From contig CABYVV010000001.1 of the NCBI GenBank assembly GCA_902522465.1, positions 90,060 to 154,059 on the forward strand: a stretch of 64,000 nucleotides of DNA. Reading direction: 5' to 3'. Made by a program: the position numbers and the translations under genes. The first letter of the stretch is position 1. Each line of letters starts with the position of its first letter. Origin of the DNA: an uncultured Alphaproteobacteria bacterium (GTDB lineage: Bacteria; Pseudomonadota; Alphaproteobacteria; Methylaequorales; Methylaequoraceae). The notes under the pieces are model-generated. The model worked only from the letters and a program-made list of their open reading frames with translations, was not told the origin of the DNA and ran no database searches. Of the stretch, positions 37,464 to 46,394 are shown piece after piece.

Positions 37464-38935
37464 TAGAAGATTTTTTTAATTTAACTAATTCTTATGCCAT
37501 GCTACCAGATATTTTTTACCAAAAAATTTCACCTGAACCTGTAAAAAATCCAAAGTTAATTAAATTTAATAAAAGTTTGTCAAAGGAATTAAATATTGAT
37601 CCAAAAAAAATCAATGAAGAAAATGGTAGTCTTTTTTTTTCTGGAAATGTTCTTCCTAAAAGTTCCAAACCTCTTGCGATGGCATACGCAGGACATCAGT
37701 TTGGCAATTTTGTCCCACAACTTGGTGACGGTAGAGCAGTACTTTTAGGAGAATTGATTGCCAAGAACGGTGATAGATATGATGTTCAGTTGAAAGGCTC
37801 AGGCAAAACGATATTCTCTAGAAATGGAGATGGAAGATCTCCACTAGGTCCTGTAATTAGAGAATATTTGTTAAGTGAATCTCTTCACTATTTGGGAATA
37901 AAAAGCACCAGGTCACTAGCAATAGTGGCAACAGGAGAAGACGTATTCAGAGAAACTAAATTACCCGGGGGGATTTTAACAAGAATTGCATCAAGTCATG
38001 TACGAATTGGTACTTTTGAATTTTTTTTGTTTAAAAATGACATAAAATCATTAAAAATTTTGGCAGACTACACTATTAAAAGGCATTTTAGAAAAATCTC
38101 TAAGAAAACACCTTATAAATCTCTTCTCAAAGAAGTAATAAAATCTCAAGCAGATCTTATTGCTAAATGGATGAGTGTTGGATTTATACACGGTGTAATG
38201 AATACAGATAATACAGCAATTTGTGGAGAAACTATCGATTTTGGTCCATGTGCATTTATGGACTATTATAATCCTAGGCAAGTATATAGTTTTATTGATG
38301 AGGGTGGAAGATACAGCTATATAAACCAAGGGAAAATAATGTTGTGGAATTTGTCAAAATTTGCAGAAACACTGTTACCACTTTTAAGTAGTAACCTAGA
38401 AGAAGCTAAAAAAGAAGCCATAGATTGTTTGGAACTATTTCCAAATTATTTTGAGGAAAAATGGTTAAGTAGTATGAGAAAGAAGATGGGCTTTTTAAAA
38501 AAATTTAAAGAAGATGTGAATATAATTTCTGAGTTTCTTGAAATACTTAAATCGGAAAAAATGGATTTTACTCAATCTTTCAGAAAATTATCTGAACTTA
38601 TTAAAAACAGAGAAAATAAATATTTCCAAAAAAACATAAAAAATATTTCTAAATTTAATAGTTGGTCTTCGAAATGGTCTCAAAGACTCTCAAAAGAAAA
38701 CTTAAAATTATCAGAAATATCTTTTCAGATGAATAAAATTAATCCTGTCTATATTCCTAGAAATCATCTTGTAGAAAAAGCAATTGAAAATGCTGTCTTT
38801 AAAAATAATTTTGTAGTAATGAATAAGCTTCTTGAGGTAATTCAAGATCCTTTTACTGAGAAATCGTCAATGACAAAATATTCACTTTCCCCTAAAAAAA
38901 AAGAAATTGTCCCCTATACATTTTGTGGTACTTAA
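37460..38935 (+). CDS. selO: Protein adenylyltransferase SelO (YdiU/UPF0061 family)
   Basis: It has the signature AYAGHQFGNFVPQLGDGRAVLLGE and the catalytic region HGVMNTDN. I place the start at the TTG at 37460, which has GGAGGAG 5-11 nt upstream and forms a TTGA overlap with the DUF445 stop. The family-like N-terminus (FFNLTNSYAMLPDIFY) begins right there. Confidence 0.9.
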   Translation: MIEDFFNLTNSYAMLPDIFYQKISPEPVKNPKLIKFNKSLSKELNIDPKKINEENGSLFFSGNVLPKSSKPLAMAYAGHQFGNFVPQLGDGRAVLLGELIAKNGDRYDVQLKGSGKTIFSRNGDGRSPLGPVIREYLLSESLHYLGIKSTRSLAIVATGEDVFRETKLPGGILTRIASSHVRIGTFEFFLFKNDIKSLKILADYTIKRHFRKISKKTPYKSLLKEVIKSQADLIAKWMSVGFIHGVMNTDNTAICGETIDFGPCAFMDYYNPRQVYSFIDEGGRYSYINQGKIMLWNLSKFAETLLPLLSSNLEEAKKEAIDCLELFPNYFEEKWLSSMRKKMGFLKKFKEDVNIISEFLEILKSEKMDFTQSFRKLSELIKNRENKYFQKNIKNISKFNSWSSKWSQRLSKENLKLSEISFQMNKINPVYIPRNHLVEKAIENAVFKNNFVVMNKLLEVIQDPFTEKSSMTKYSLSPKKKEIVPYTFCGT

Positions 38936-39342
38936 ATAACCGAAAATCCTAATTTTTTGCTCTCATCCATTATTTGATGTTCTGCTTCTAGCCATAATGG
39001 TATAGCCTTATCTAGAATCTTTTGGCCTTTTTCAGTTAATTTCATAATTTTCTTTCTTGAGTCTTTACTCTTCGTTTGTGTAATTAAGCCATCTTTCAAT
39101 AAAATATTTAATCCTCTCGTTAGTGTAGTTCTATCCATAAGCATCTCCCTAGATAAAGAAATCATTGTTTTATCTTTGCTAGTTGCAATAAAGGATAAAA
39201 TTGTAAACTGAGTTATTTTAATTCCTACAGGTTTTAATTTTTTATCATAAAATTGAGTCACAAATCTGGATGCCTTCCTCATTTTAAAACATTTGCAACT
39301 TAACAGTTGTCTGTATTTAAATAAACCTGTTTCTTTCATCAA
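38932..39342 (-). CDS. MarR-family transcriptional regulator
   Basis: 136-aa ORF with a winged-helix pattern (ITQFTILSFI...ISLSREMLMDRTTLTRGLNILLKDGLI...DSRKK...LTEKG). Confidence 0.85.
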   Translation of the reverse strand: MMKETGLFKYRQLLSCKCFKMRKASRFVTQFYDKKLKPVGIKITQFTILSFIATSKDKTMISLSREMLMDRTTLTRGLNILLKDGLITQTKSKDSRKKIMKLTEKGQKILDKAIPLWLEAEHQIMDESKKLGFSVI

Positions 39343-39707
39343 TGAGAATCTAAATCTTTTTTAACATCTTCATGATCCCCGGTGATAATGTGATGCTTAC
39401 TTTTTGTAACAAATTTCTCTAAAAATGGAATAAAAATCAATGGAATTAAGCCGCCAAATACAATTCCAACAATCATACTTCTTATATGAGGATCTAGATA
39501 GCTAGCAATTAGATCTGCAAAAATATGAGATAGCGCTGCTCCAAAAATACCAGCAACGTAACCATTAGATACTATCTTCAAGAATCTGTTAATACTAAAT
39601 CCAGTATAATAACCTATTAACATTATACTAACGTGAACAAACCCGAAGATTAAACCTCTAAGATTCCCTGATGCTTCATCAAAATATTTTTCTAAAAAAA
39701 ATTCCAT
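39339..39707 (-). CDS. Small three-TM membrane protein with a His/Asp-rich C-terminal tail (unknown function)
   Basis: 122-aa ORF with three hydrophobic segments and the tail KSKHHIITGDHEDVKKDLDSH. Its stop overlaps the marR start by 4 nt. Confidence 0.55.
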   Translation of the reverse strand: MEFFLEKYFDEASGNLRGLIFGFVHVSIMLIGYYTGFSINRFLKIVSNGYVAGIFGAALSHIFADLIASYLDPHIRSMIVGIVFGGLIPLIFIPFLEKFVTKSKHHIITGDHEDVKKDLDSH

Positions 39708-39732
39708 TCATTAATGTATATACATTAATGAA
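39707..39732. promoter_or_regulatory. Perfect palindrome (two CATTAATG units around TATATA); candidate MarR operator
   Basis: TCATTAATGTATATACATTAATGA (39708-39731) equals its own reverse complement. It extends by one T:A pair to 26 bp and touches the ATG of the membrane-protein/MarR operon. Confidence 0.5.
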
Positions 39733-39801
39733 ATAAAATTTAGGGTAAAGTTTAAAATAATAAGATTATAAAAGCGTATTTTTATAATGAAAAAATTTAT
39801 A

Positions 39802-39891
39802 TGGCGGAGAGAGAGGGATTCGAACCCTCGAAACAGTTTCCTGTTTACACGCTTTCCAAGCGTGCGCCTTCAGCCACTCGGCCACCTCTCC
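39802..39891 (-). tRNA. tRNA-Ser (anticodon GGA)
   Basis: The reverse complement is GGAGAGGTGGCCGAGTGGCTGAAGGCGCACGCTTGGAAAGCGTGTAAACAGGAAACTGTTTCGAGGGTTCGAATCCCTCTCTCTCCGCCA. It has a long variable arm, anticodon loop TTGGAAA and an encoded CCA. It begins 2 nt after the lepA stop. Confidence 0.95.
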
Positions 39892-39893
39892 AA

Positions 39894-41693
39894 TTAATCT
39901 CCAGAAGTCTTTAAAACATTAATAAAAGCAGATTGAGGGATTTCAACCTTTCCAAACTGCCTCATTCTTTTTTTACCTTTTTTTTGTTTGTCTAAAAGTT
40001 TATTTTTACGAGTTACATCTCCTCCATAAAGTTTTGCAGTGACATCTTTCCTGTAACTATTGATAGTTTCTCTAGCTATTATTTTACCTCCAATTGCAGC
40101 TTGAAGTGGAATTTTAAATTGTTGTCTAGGTATTAATTTACTTAACTTTTCGCAATAAACTTTTCCTCTTGAAACAGATTTTGACCTGTGACAGATAAAA
40201 GATAATGCATCCACAGGATCTGAGTTAACAAGTATTTGTACTCTTACAAGATCACTTGCTAAGTATTCTTTAAACTCGTAATCAAAACTTGCATATCCAC
40301 TTGAAACAGACTTTAACCTGTCGTAAAAGTCAAAAACAACTTCTGCAAGTGGAAGATAGTATTCAATCATTGCCCTTTTACCAACGTAACTTAAATTTTT
40401 CTGTACACCTCTTCTCTCTGTACATAATTTAATTACAGAACCTAAATATTCATCTGGCAAGATTATTGTTGCTTTTATAATTGGTTCTGAAATAGTTTGA
40501 ATCTTCATAATTTCTGGCAGTTCAGAAGGATTGTGAACATCAAGTATACTACCATCAGTTTTTTCAACTTTATAAACAACGGAAGGTGAAGTTGTTATCA
40601 AATTTAATCCAAATTCTCTACTTAATCTTTCCTGTATTATTTCTAAATGTAAAAGACCTAAAAATCCACATCTAAAACCTAAGCCAAGCGCTGCTGATGT
40701 TTCAGGTTCAGAGGAAAAACTTGCATCATTTAAACCTAATTTTTCTAAACTCTCTCTTAAAAGATCATAATCATCTGCTTCCACGGGGTATAAACCACAA
40801 AAAACAACAGGTCTACTTGGTTTGAAGCCGGACAAAGGTTTTTGTATTGGTTTTGAATAATCTGTAATTGTATCTCCAACTTTGCAATCACTTACATGTT
40901 TGATACCTGCTGTTATAAAACCTATCTCACCAGATTCTATAGAATCGGAATACTTTATTTTGGGTGTAAAAAATCCACATTTTTCAACAACATATGAAGC
41001 ATTAGTTCCAATCATTTTTAATTTCATTCCCTTTTTAATACTTCCAGATTGAATTCTAACTAAAATAATTACCCCTAAGTATGAGTCGTACCAGCTATCT
41101 ATCAACATCGCAACCAAAGTTGATTCTGCCTTTACATTTGGACATGGCAACCTCTTGACAATGGCTTCCAATAACTCGTTTATTCCATCTCCAGTTTTTG
41201 CAGACACAAGAATAGCATTTGATGAATCTATTCCGATTACTTCCTCAATTTGTTTTTTAACTCTATTGGGTTCGGATGCAGGTAAATCAATTTTATTCAA
41301 AACTGGTATAATTTCATGGTTGTTGTCAATTGCTTGATATACATTCGCTAACGTTTGTGCTTCAACACCTTGAGAGGAATCAACCACAAGTAAAGAACCC
41401 TCACATGAAGCTAATGATCTACTTACTTCATACGAAAAATCAACATGTCCAGGTGTATCCATTAAATTAAAATTATAAATATTTTTATCTTTTGATTTAT
41501 ATTCTAAGTAAACGGTTTGGGCTTTGATTGTAATTCCACGTTCTCTTTCAATCTCCATGGAATCAAGAACCTGATTTTTCATTTCTCGTTCCGGTAATCC
41601 ACCACATTTTTGAATTATCCGGTCTGCTAGTGTAGATTTACCGTGATCAATATGTGCAATAATAGAAAAATTTCTAATTTTATCTATTAACAT
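39894..41693 (-). CDS. lepA: Elongation factor 4 (LepA)
   Basis: 599-aa ORF with GTPase motifs [17 protein letters not shown] and NKID, plus the LepA C-terminal domain. Confidence 0.97.
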   Translation of the reverse strand: MLIDKIRNFSIIAHIDHGKSTLADRIIQKCGGLPEREMKNQVLDSMEIERERGITIKAQTVYLEYKSKDKNIYNFNLMDTPGHVDFSYEVSRSLASCEGSLLVVDSSQGVEAQTLANVYQAIDNNHEIIPVLNKIDLPASEPNRVKKQIEEVIGIDSSNAILVSAKTGDGINELLEAIVKRLPCPNVKAESTLVAMLIDSWYDSYLGVIILVRIQSGSIKKGMKLKMIGTNASYVVEKCGFFTPKIKYSDSIESGEIGFITAGIKHVSDCKVGDTITDYSKPIQKPLSGFKPSRPVVFCGLYPVEADDYDLLRESLEKLGLNDASFSSEPETSAALGLGFRCGFLGLLHLEIIQERLSREFGLNLITTSPSVVYKVEKTDGSILDVHNPSELPEIMKIQTISEPIIKATIILPDEYLGSVIKLCTERRGVQKNLSYVGKRAMIEYYLPLAEVVFDFYDRLKSVSSGYASFDYEFKEYLASDLVRVQILVNSDPVDALSFICHRSKSVSRGKVYCEKLSKLIPRQQFKIPLQAAIGGKIIARETINSYRKDVTAKLYGGDVTRKNKLLDKQKKGKKRMRQFGKVEIPQSAFINVLKTSGD

Positions 41694-41696
41694 AAA

Positions 41697-44087
41697 TCAT
41701 CTTAATTTTGCGTTAAATTTAATTTTAGCTTGATTAACAATTTTTTCAGATAATTTGTTAATTTCTTCATCTGTAAGTGTTTTGACGTTCGACTGCATTA
41801 AAACTTCAATTGCAAGAGATCTTGAGTCTTTATTTTCATAATTATCAAAAACTCTAACTTCAGAAATAATTTCTTTATCCAAACTCCTTATAAAATCAAC
41901 TAGATCAATTGATGAAAGTTTCTTATCAATATCAAAAGAAAAATCTCTGATTGAAGATTGAAATGACGATGTTACAAGTTTGTCTTTTGGAATTAAATTT
42001 GGTTTGCAAAATTCTAGAACTTCTTCTAAGTAAAGTTCAAATAAACAAGTATAATTTTTTATTTTGAAACTTTTAGCAATATTAGGATGTAATTCTCCAA
42101 AACTCGCAAGTTTATTTTCACCTAAAAAAATTGAACCACTCTTTCCTGGATGAAAATATTTTCCTGCATCAGAAACTATTCTTGTTTTTTTATCAGCAAT
42201 ATTGAATAAACCAAGAACACTTAATAAGTCTGACTTTATGTCAAAAATATCATAATCTCTGTTTTTAGACGTCCAACTTTTTTCAATTGCTTTTCCAGAC
42301 CTGACTACAGTTAAATGTTCTCTTTGGTCTCCCGGTCTATAACTAGTGAATACTGGCCCTATCTCAAAAATAGAAACATTATTGACGTTTTTATTATTAT
42401 TTTTTGTAATTATATTTAATAATCCCCCAAGAAGATTAGAACGCATACATGACAATTCAGCACTTATTGGGTTTTTAATTTCAATTATATCCTCCTCAAA
42501 ATTTAATAAATTTTCCCATCTTTTATTTGAGAATGACCATGAAATTATTTCCATTATTTTCCTACTTACTAATAATTTTCTAATCTGTGCTTTTTTCTTT
42601 TGAGGAAATGAAGTAACTTTAGATGTTTTTTGATTACTTAATTTAAACTCTTTTGGAGGTATATTTTCAAAGCCAAGTAATCTTCCCACCTCTTCAACAA
42701 GATCCTCTTTAACTTTTAAATCCTGTCTCCAACTAGGAGGTTTTGCTTCAATCACATTATTTCTTAAATTAACAGAACAACCTATTTTAACCAATCTCTC
42801 TTCCACATCTTTTTCACTGATATAACATCCTAATATTTTTGAAAAAAAATTCGAATTGACTTTTATCACCCGAGTTTCAATGTTTTCAATTGAATCGCTT
42901 ATTATAGACCCTACGTCCCCTCCACATGTATTAATCACCATTTCAGTTGCCAATTCTATTCCATCTTCCGTTGAATTAGGATCAATTCCTCTTTCAAATC
43001 TATATCTTGCATCACTTATGATATTTAATTTCCTTCCAGTAGCTGCAATTCTTTTTGGACAAAAATAAGCCGACTCAATTAATATATTTTTTGTATTTTC
43101 ATCACAGCCTGTATTTTTTCCGCCCATAATTCCAGCAAGACTAATTATTTTTTTTTCATCACAAATTAAAATCATACCTTCATCCAGAATATAGTTCTTA
43201 TCATCGAGACCTTCAAACTTTTCTCCTTGAGTTGAATATCTGATCTCAATGTTACCTTCAATTTTGTTGCGATCAAATACATGCAAAGGCCTACAATAAT
43301 CTATAGCTATATAATTTGTTATATCAACAAGCGGTGAAATTACTTTTAATCCAGATCCGTTAAATCTATTTATAAGGTCCTGTGAAGATTTTTTCGAATT
43401 GTCAACATTATTGATTTCCCTTAAGAGAAACTGTGGGCAGGAATTTTTTTTCAATTTGTTTGAAATTTTAATAGAACTTTTAAACTGATCTTTAATCTTT
43501 GTAATTTTTTTTTTTTTTAAAGATCCAAAGCCTGAAGCACTTAAATCTCGCGCGATTCCAAAGACCCCTGCACAATCAACTCTATTTGGTGTAATTGCCA
43601 CCTCAATTTCTATATTTTCATCATCAATATATTTTGAAAAATTTTCACCTACAATACAACTGTCTTCTAACTCAATTATGCCCTCAGATTTTTTAGATAA
43701 AAGAAGTTCTTCCTCTGAACATAACATTCCACTTGAAGTAACTCCTCTGATTTTACTTTTTTTAATTGTAAATTCCTCTTTACTTCCTGGTCTTACAATA
43801 CAACCAATATTAGCTAAGACTGTCTTCATTTTTTTTTTTGCATTTGAGGCGCCACAAACTATTTTCAAAATATTTTTTCCGTCATATACATCACATACAT
43901 TTAATTTGTCGGCGTTTGGGTGAGGATTGATATCAACTATCTCCGAAACAACAAAATCACTAAGAGATTTACGTAAATTCTTACACTCTTCGACCTCTAA
44001 ACCGATGCTCGTAAGCTTTTCACATAACTCCTCAACTGAAGATTTAAATTCTAAGTATTCCTTTAGCCATCCAAGTGTAAATCTCAT
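41697..44087 (-). CDS. pheT: Phenylalanine--tRNA ligase beta subunit
   Basis: 796-aa ORF beginning MRFTLGWLKEY, with tRNA-binding, B3/4, B5 and C-terminal anticodon-binding-like domains. It follows pheS. Confidence 0.95.
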   Translation of the reverse strand: MRFTLGWLKEYLEFKSSVEELCEKLTSIGLEVEECKNLRKSLSDFVVSEIVDINPHPNADKLNVCDVYDGKNILKIVCGASNAKKKMKTVLANIGCIVRPGSKEEFTIKKSKIRGVTSSGMLCSEEELLLSKKSEGIIELEDSCIVGENFSKYIDDENIEIEVAITPNRVDCAGVFGIARDLSASGFGSLKKKKITKIKDQFKSSIKISNKLKKNSCPQFLLREINNVDNSKKSSQDLINRFNGSGLKVISPLVDITNYIAIDYCRPLHVFDRNKIEGNIEIRYSTQGEKFEGLDDKNYILDEGMILICDEKKIISLAGIMGGKNTGCDENTKNILIESAYFCPKRIAATGRKLNIISDARYRFERGIDPNSTEDGIELATEMVINTCGGDVGSIISDSIENIETRVIKVNSNFFSKILGCYISEKDVEERLVKIGCSVNLRNNVIEAKPPSWRQDLKVKEDLVEEVGRLLGFENIPPKEFKLSNQKTSKVTSFPQKKKAQIRKLLVSRKIMEIISWSFSNKRWENLLNFEEDIIEIKNPISAELSCMRSNLLGGLLNIITKNNNKNVNNVSIFEIGPVFTSYRPGDQREHLTVVRSGKAIEKSWTSKNRDYDIFDIKSDLLSVLGLFNIADKKTRIVSDAGKYFHPGKSGSIFLGENKLASFGELHPNIAKSFKIKNYTCLFELYLEEVLEFCKPNLIPKDKLVTSSFQSSIRDFSFDIDKKLSSIDLVDFIRSLDKEIISEVRVFDNYENKDSRSLAIEVLMQSNVKTLTDEEINKLSEKIVNQAKIKFNAKLR

Positions 44088-44088
44088 T

Positions 44089-45153
44089 TTATCGCCAACT
44101 CAAATCAGTTTCTTCAAAAAAAGAAAAACCGTAATGTTCTAACCATTTTAAATCACCCTCAAAAAAGTCTCTTAAATCCGGCATCCCGTACTTAAGCATT
44201 GATAATCTTTCGATGCCCATTCCAAAAGCAAAACCTGTTACAGAGGAATCTACTCCAGACATTTTGAATACCTCTGGATGAACCATCCCACAACCAAGAA
44301 TTTCCATCCATTTAGATCCCTTACCAAGTATGATTTTACCTGAGGAATATGAATAATTAATATCAACCTCAGCTGATGGTTCTGTAAAAGGAAAATAGGA
44401 GGGGCGAAATCTCAATTTTAGATCTTTCTTATTAAAAAATATTTTACAGAACTTTTCCACAAACCACTTAAGGTTTGCAAAATTAATATCTTTGTCCACA
44501 ACCAAACCCTCAACTTGGTGAAACATTGGGGTGTGTGTTATATCTGAATCACATCTGTAAGTTCTCCCAGGAGCAAAAATTCCGAGAGGAATTTGCATTT
44601 TCTTCAATGCTCTTATCTGAACGGGTGAAGTATGGGTTCTTAAGACGTAAGAATCTGTTTTGGTGCTCTTTAAATAGAAAGTATCATGCATTTGTCTTGC
44701 TGGATGATCCTCTGGAATGTTTAATGCAGAAAAATTGTGGAAATCATCCTCAATATCAGGACCTTCTTCGAAAGTTAAACCCATGCTTCCCAAAATTGAA
44801 ACAATCTCATTAATAGTTTGATTAATAGGATGGATTTTAGCCTCAAAATAATTATTTTCTCTTGCGGGCAAAGAAGAATCCAAAAAATCTCTAGCTAATT
44901 TCAAATTAATTTCTTTGGATTCAATTATACTTTTTTTATTTTCAACAATTAAAAAAAATTGATTTTTAAATTTATTTAATTTTTCTCCTAATTCTTTTTT
45001 TTGTTCAAGCGGTAACTTGGATAGGGATTTTAATTCTTTTGTAATTAATCCGTTTTTTCCGAAAAATTTTACTCTTTTTGCTTCAAGACATTCAACTGAA
45101 CTACATTCTTCGACTTCATTCAAAGCCGATTGAATTAGTTGATCATTATGCAT
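44089..45153 (-). CDS. pheS: Phenylalanine--tRNA ligase alpha subunit
   Basis: 354-aa ORF with class II motifs (FPFTEPSAEVD, AFGMGIERL). Confidence 0.96.
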   Translation of the reverse strand: MHNDQLIQSALNEVEECSSVECLEAKRVKFFGKNGLITKELKSLSKLPLEQKKELGEKLNKFKNQFFLIVENKKSIIESKEINLKLARDFLDSSLPARENNYFEAKIHPINQTINEIVSILGSMGLTFEEGPDIEDDFHNFSALNIPEDHPARQMHDTFYLKSTKTDSYVLRTHTSPVQIRALKKMQIPLGIFAPGRTYRCDSDITHTPMFHQVEGLVVDKDINFANLKWFVEKFCKIFFNKKDLKLRFRPSYFPFTEPSAEVDINYSYSSGKIILGKGSKWMEILGCGMVHPEVFKMSGVDSSVTGFAFGMGIERLSMLKYGMPDLRDFFEGDLKWLEHYGFSFFEETDLSWR

Positions 45154-45168
45154 TTTATAGTCTTAATA

Positions 45169-45519
45169 TTAGGCAGCTTTAACTTTAGCTACTATCTGTT
45201 TGAACGATTCTGGTTCGAGAGCAGCCAAGTCAGCTAAAACTTTTCTATTAAAGTTAAGATTAACTTTCTTGAGACCATTGATAAACACTGAGTATTTTAT
45301 TCCGTTTATTCTGCAACCAGCATTTATTCTCTGTATCCATAATCTTCTAAATTCTCTCTTCTTCACTTTTCTGTCTCTATAAGCATATTGCCCTGCTTTT
45401 TCAACAGCTTGATTAGCAACTTTGAAAGTGTTTTTTCTTCTTCCGAAATAACCCTTGGCACGTTTTAAAATTTTTTTATGCCTAGTTCTAGTTATTTTTC
45501 CTGCTTTTACTCTTGACAT
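45169..45519 (-). CDS. rplT: 50S ribosomal protein L20
   Basis: 116-aa ORF beginning [26 protein letters not shown].... Confidence 0.97.
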   Translation of the reverse strand: MSRVKAGKITRTRHKKILKRAKGYFGRRKNTFKVANQAVEKAGQYAYRDRKVKKREFRRLWIQRINAGCRINGIKYSVFINGLKKVNLNFNRKVLADLAALEPESFKQIVAKVKAA

Positions 45520-45525
45520 TGTTGA

Positions 45526-45729
45526 TTACCTACATTTCATGTTTATATATTTTTTTACAATTCTTGTATCTTGCTTGGACATCAATGTAGGACCCCTAGA
45601 AGTTCTTTTCATTGTTTTTGTTCTTTTTGTAAGATTGTGCCTTTTTCCACTCGCATACATTAAGATTTTACCAGTCGCAGTGACCTTAAATCTTTTTTTT
45701 GTACCGCTTTTTGTTTTAATCTTTGGCAT
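45526..45729 (-). CDS. rpmI: 50S ribosomal protein L35
   Basis: 67-aa ORF beginning MPKIKTKSGTKKRFKVTATGK.... Confidence 0.95.
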   Translation of the reverse strand: MPKIKTKSGTKKRFKVTATGKILMYASGKRHNLTKRTKTMKRTSRGPTLMSKQDTRIVKKYINMKCR

Positions 45730-45784
45730 AATTTAATTATTTATATAGTGTTTTTTATTCAAAGCAAGATTGTTTTAAAGAAAG

Positions 45785-46318
45785 CTACCTCGGCGCTACA
45801 ACCATTATCATATGCTTTCCCTCGAGTGTTGGAACTTGTTCTATTTTAGCTTGCTGTTCTATTTCACTTTCGAGTTTTTTTAACACATCCATGCCTCTTT
45901 GATGGTATGCCATTTCTCTACCTTTAAACCTAAGTGTTATTTTAACTTTGTCGCCATCGTTTAGAAAACGTTGTATTGATTTAAGTTTTACTCCGTAATC
46001 GTGATCCTCAATCCCGGGTCTTAATTTAACTTCTTTAACTTCGAAAGTTTTTTGTTTTTTCTTAGCTTCTGCTTGTTTTTTCTGTATTTGATATTTGTAC
46101 TTACCATAATCGATTATTTTACAAACCGGTGGGGTCGCATTAGGTGAAACTTCCACCAAATCTAGACCTTGTTCAAATGCTAGTTTGACAGCATCAGGTG
46201 TGTCAAAAACACCTAACATATCTCCCTTTTCAGAAATCACTCTAACAGATTTTGATTTAATTCTTTCATTTACAGCAGGACCGTGCTGTTTTGGCGATTG
46301 AAATCTTCCTTTATTCAT
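45785..46318 (-). CDS. infC: Translation initiation factor IF-3 (start possibly at the non-canonical ATA at 46336)
   Basis: 177-aa ORF with the motifs VNERIKSKSVRVISEKGDMLGV and KEVKLRPGIEDHDY, in thrS-infC-rpmI-rplT synteny. Confidence 0.95.
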   Translation of the reverse strand: MNKGRFQSPKQHGPAVNERIKSKSVRVISEKGDMLGVFDTPDAVKLAFEQGLDLVEVSPNATPPVCKIIDYGKYKYQIQKKQAEAKKKQKTFEVKEVKLRPGIEDHDYGVKLKSIQRFLNDGDKVKITLRFKGREMAYHQRGMDVLKKLESEIEQQAKIEQVPTLEGKHMIMVVAPR

Positions 46319-46394
46319 TCTTTGATGATTGCATATTTAAATAAATTCCTTTCTTTTTTGCAATTTTCATTAATTGTTTAAAAATATTCACAAT

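Noticed and set aside
39707-39732. The palindrome read as a chromosomal dif (Xer) site.
   Set aside because: Only the central AATGTATAT resembles E. coli dif. The outer arms do not match, and the perfect symmetry is atypical for XerC/XerD sites. It is kept only as a minor alternative in the finding.
39753-39774. The AT-only hairpin TTATAAAA-GCGTAT-TTTTATAA downstream of tRNA-Ser as an intrinsic terminator.
   Set aside because: The stem is 8 A:T pairs only and has no following U-tract on the transcribed strand. Its stability is too low to call a terminator.
45455-45736. A 93-aa plus-strand ORF opposite rplT and rpmI.
   Set aside because: It is the shadow frame of two ribosomal protein genes, and its hydrophobic, low-complexity translation is typical of antisense Lys/Arg-rich genes.
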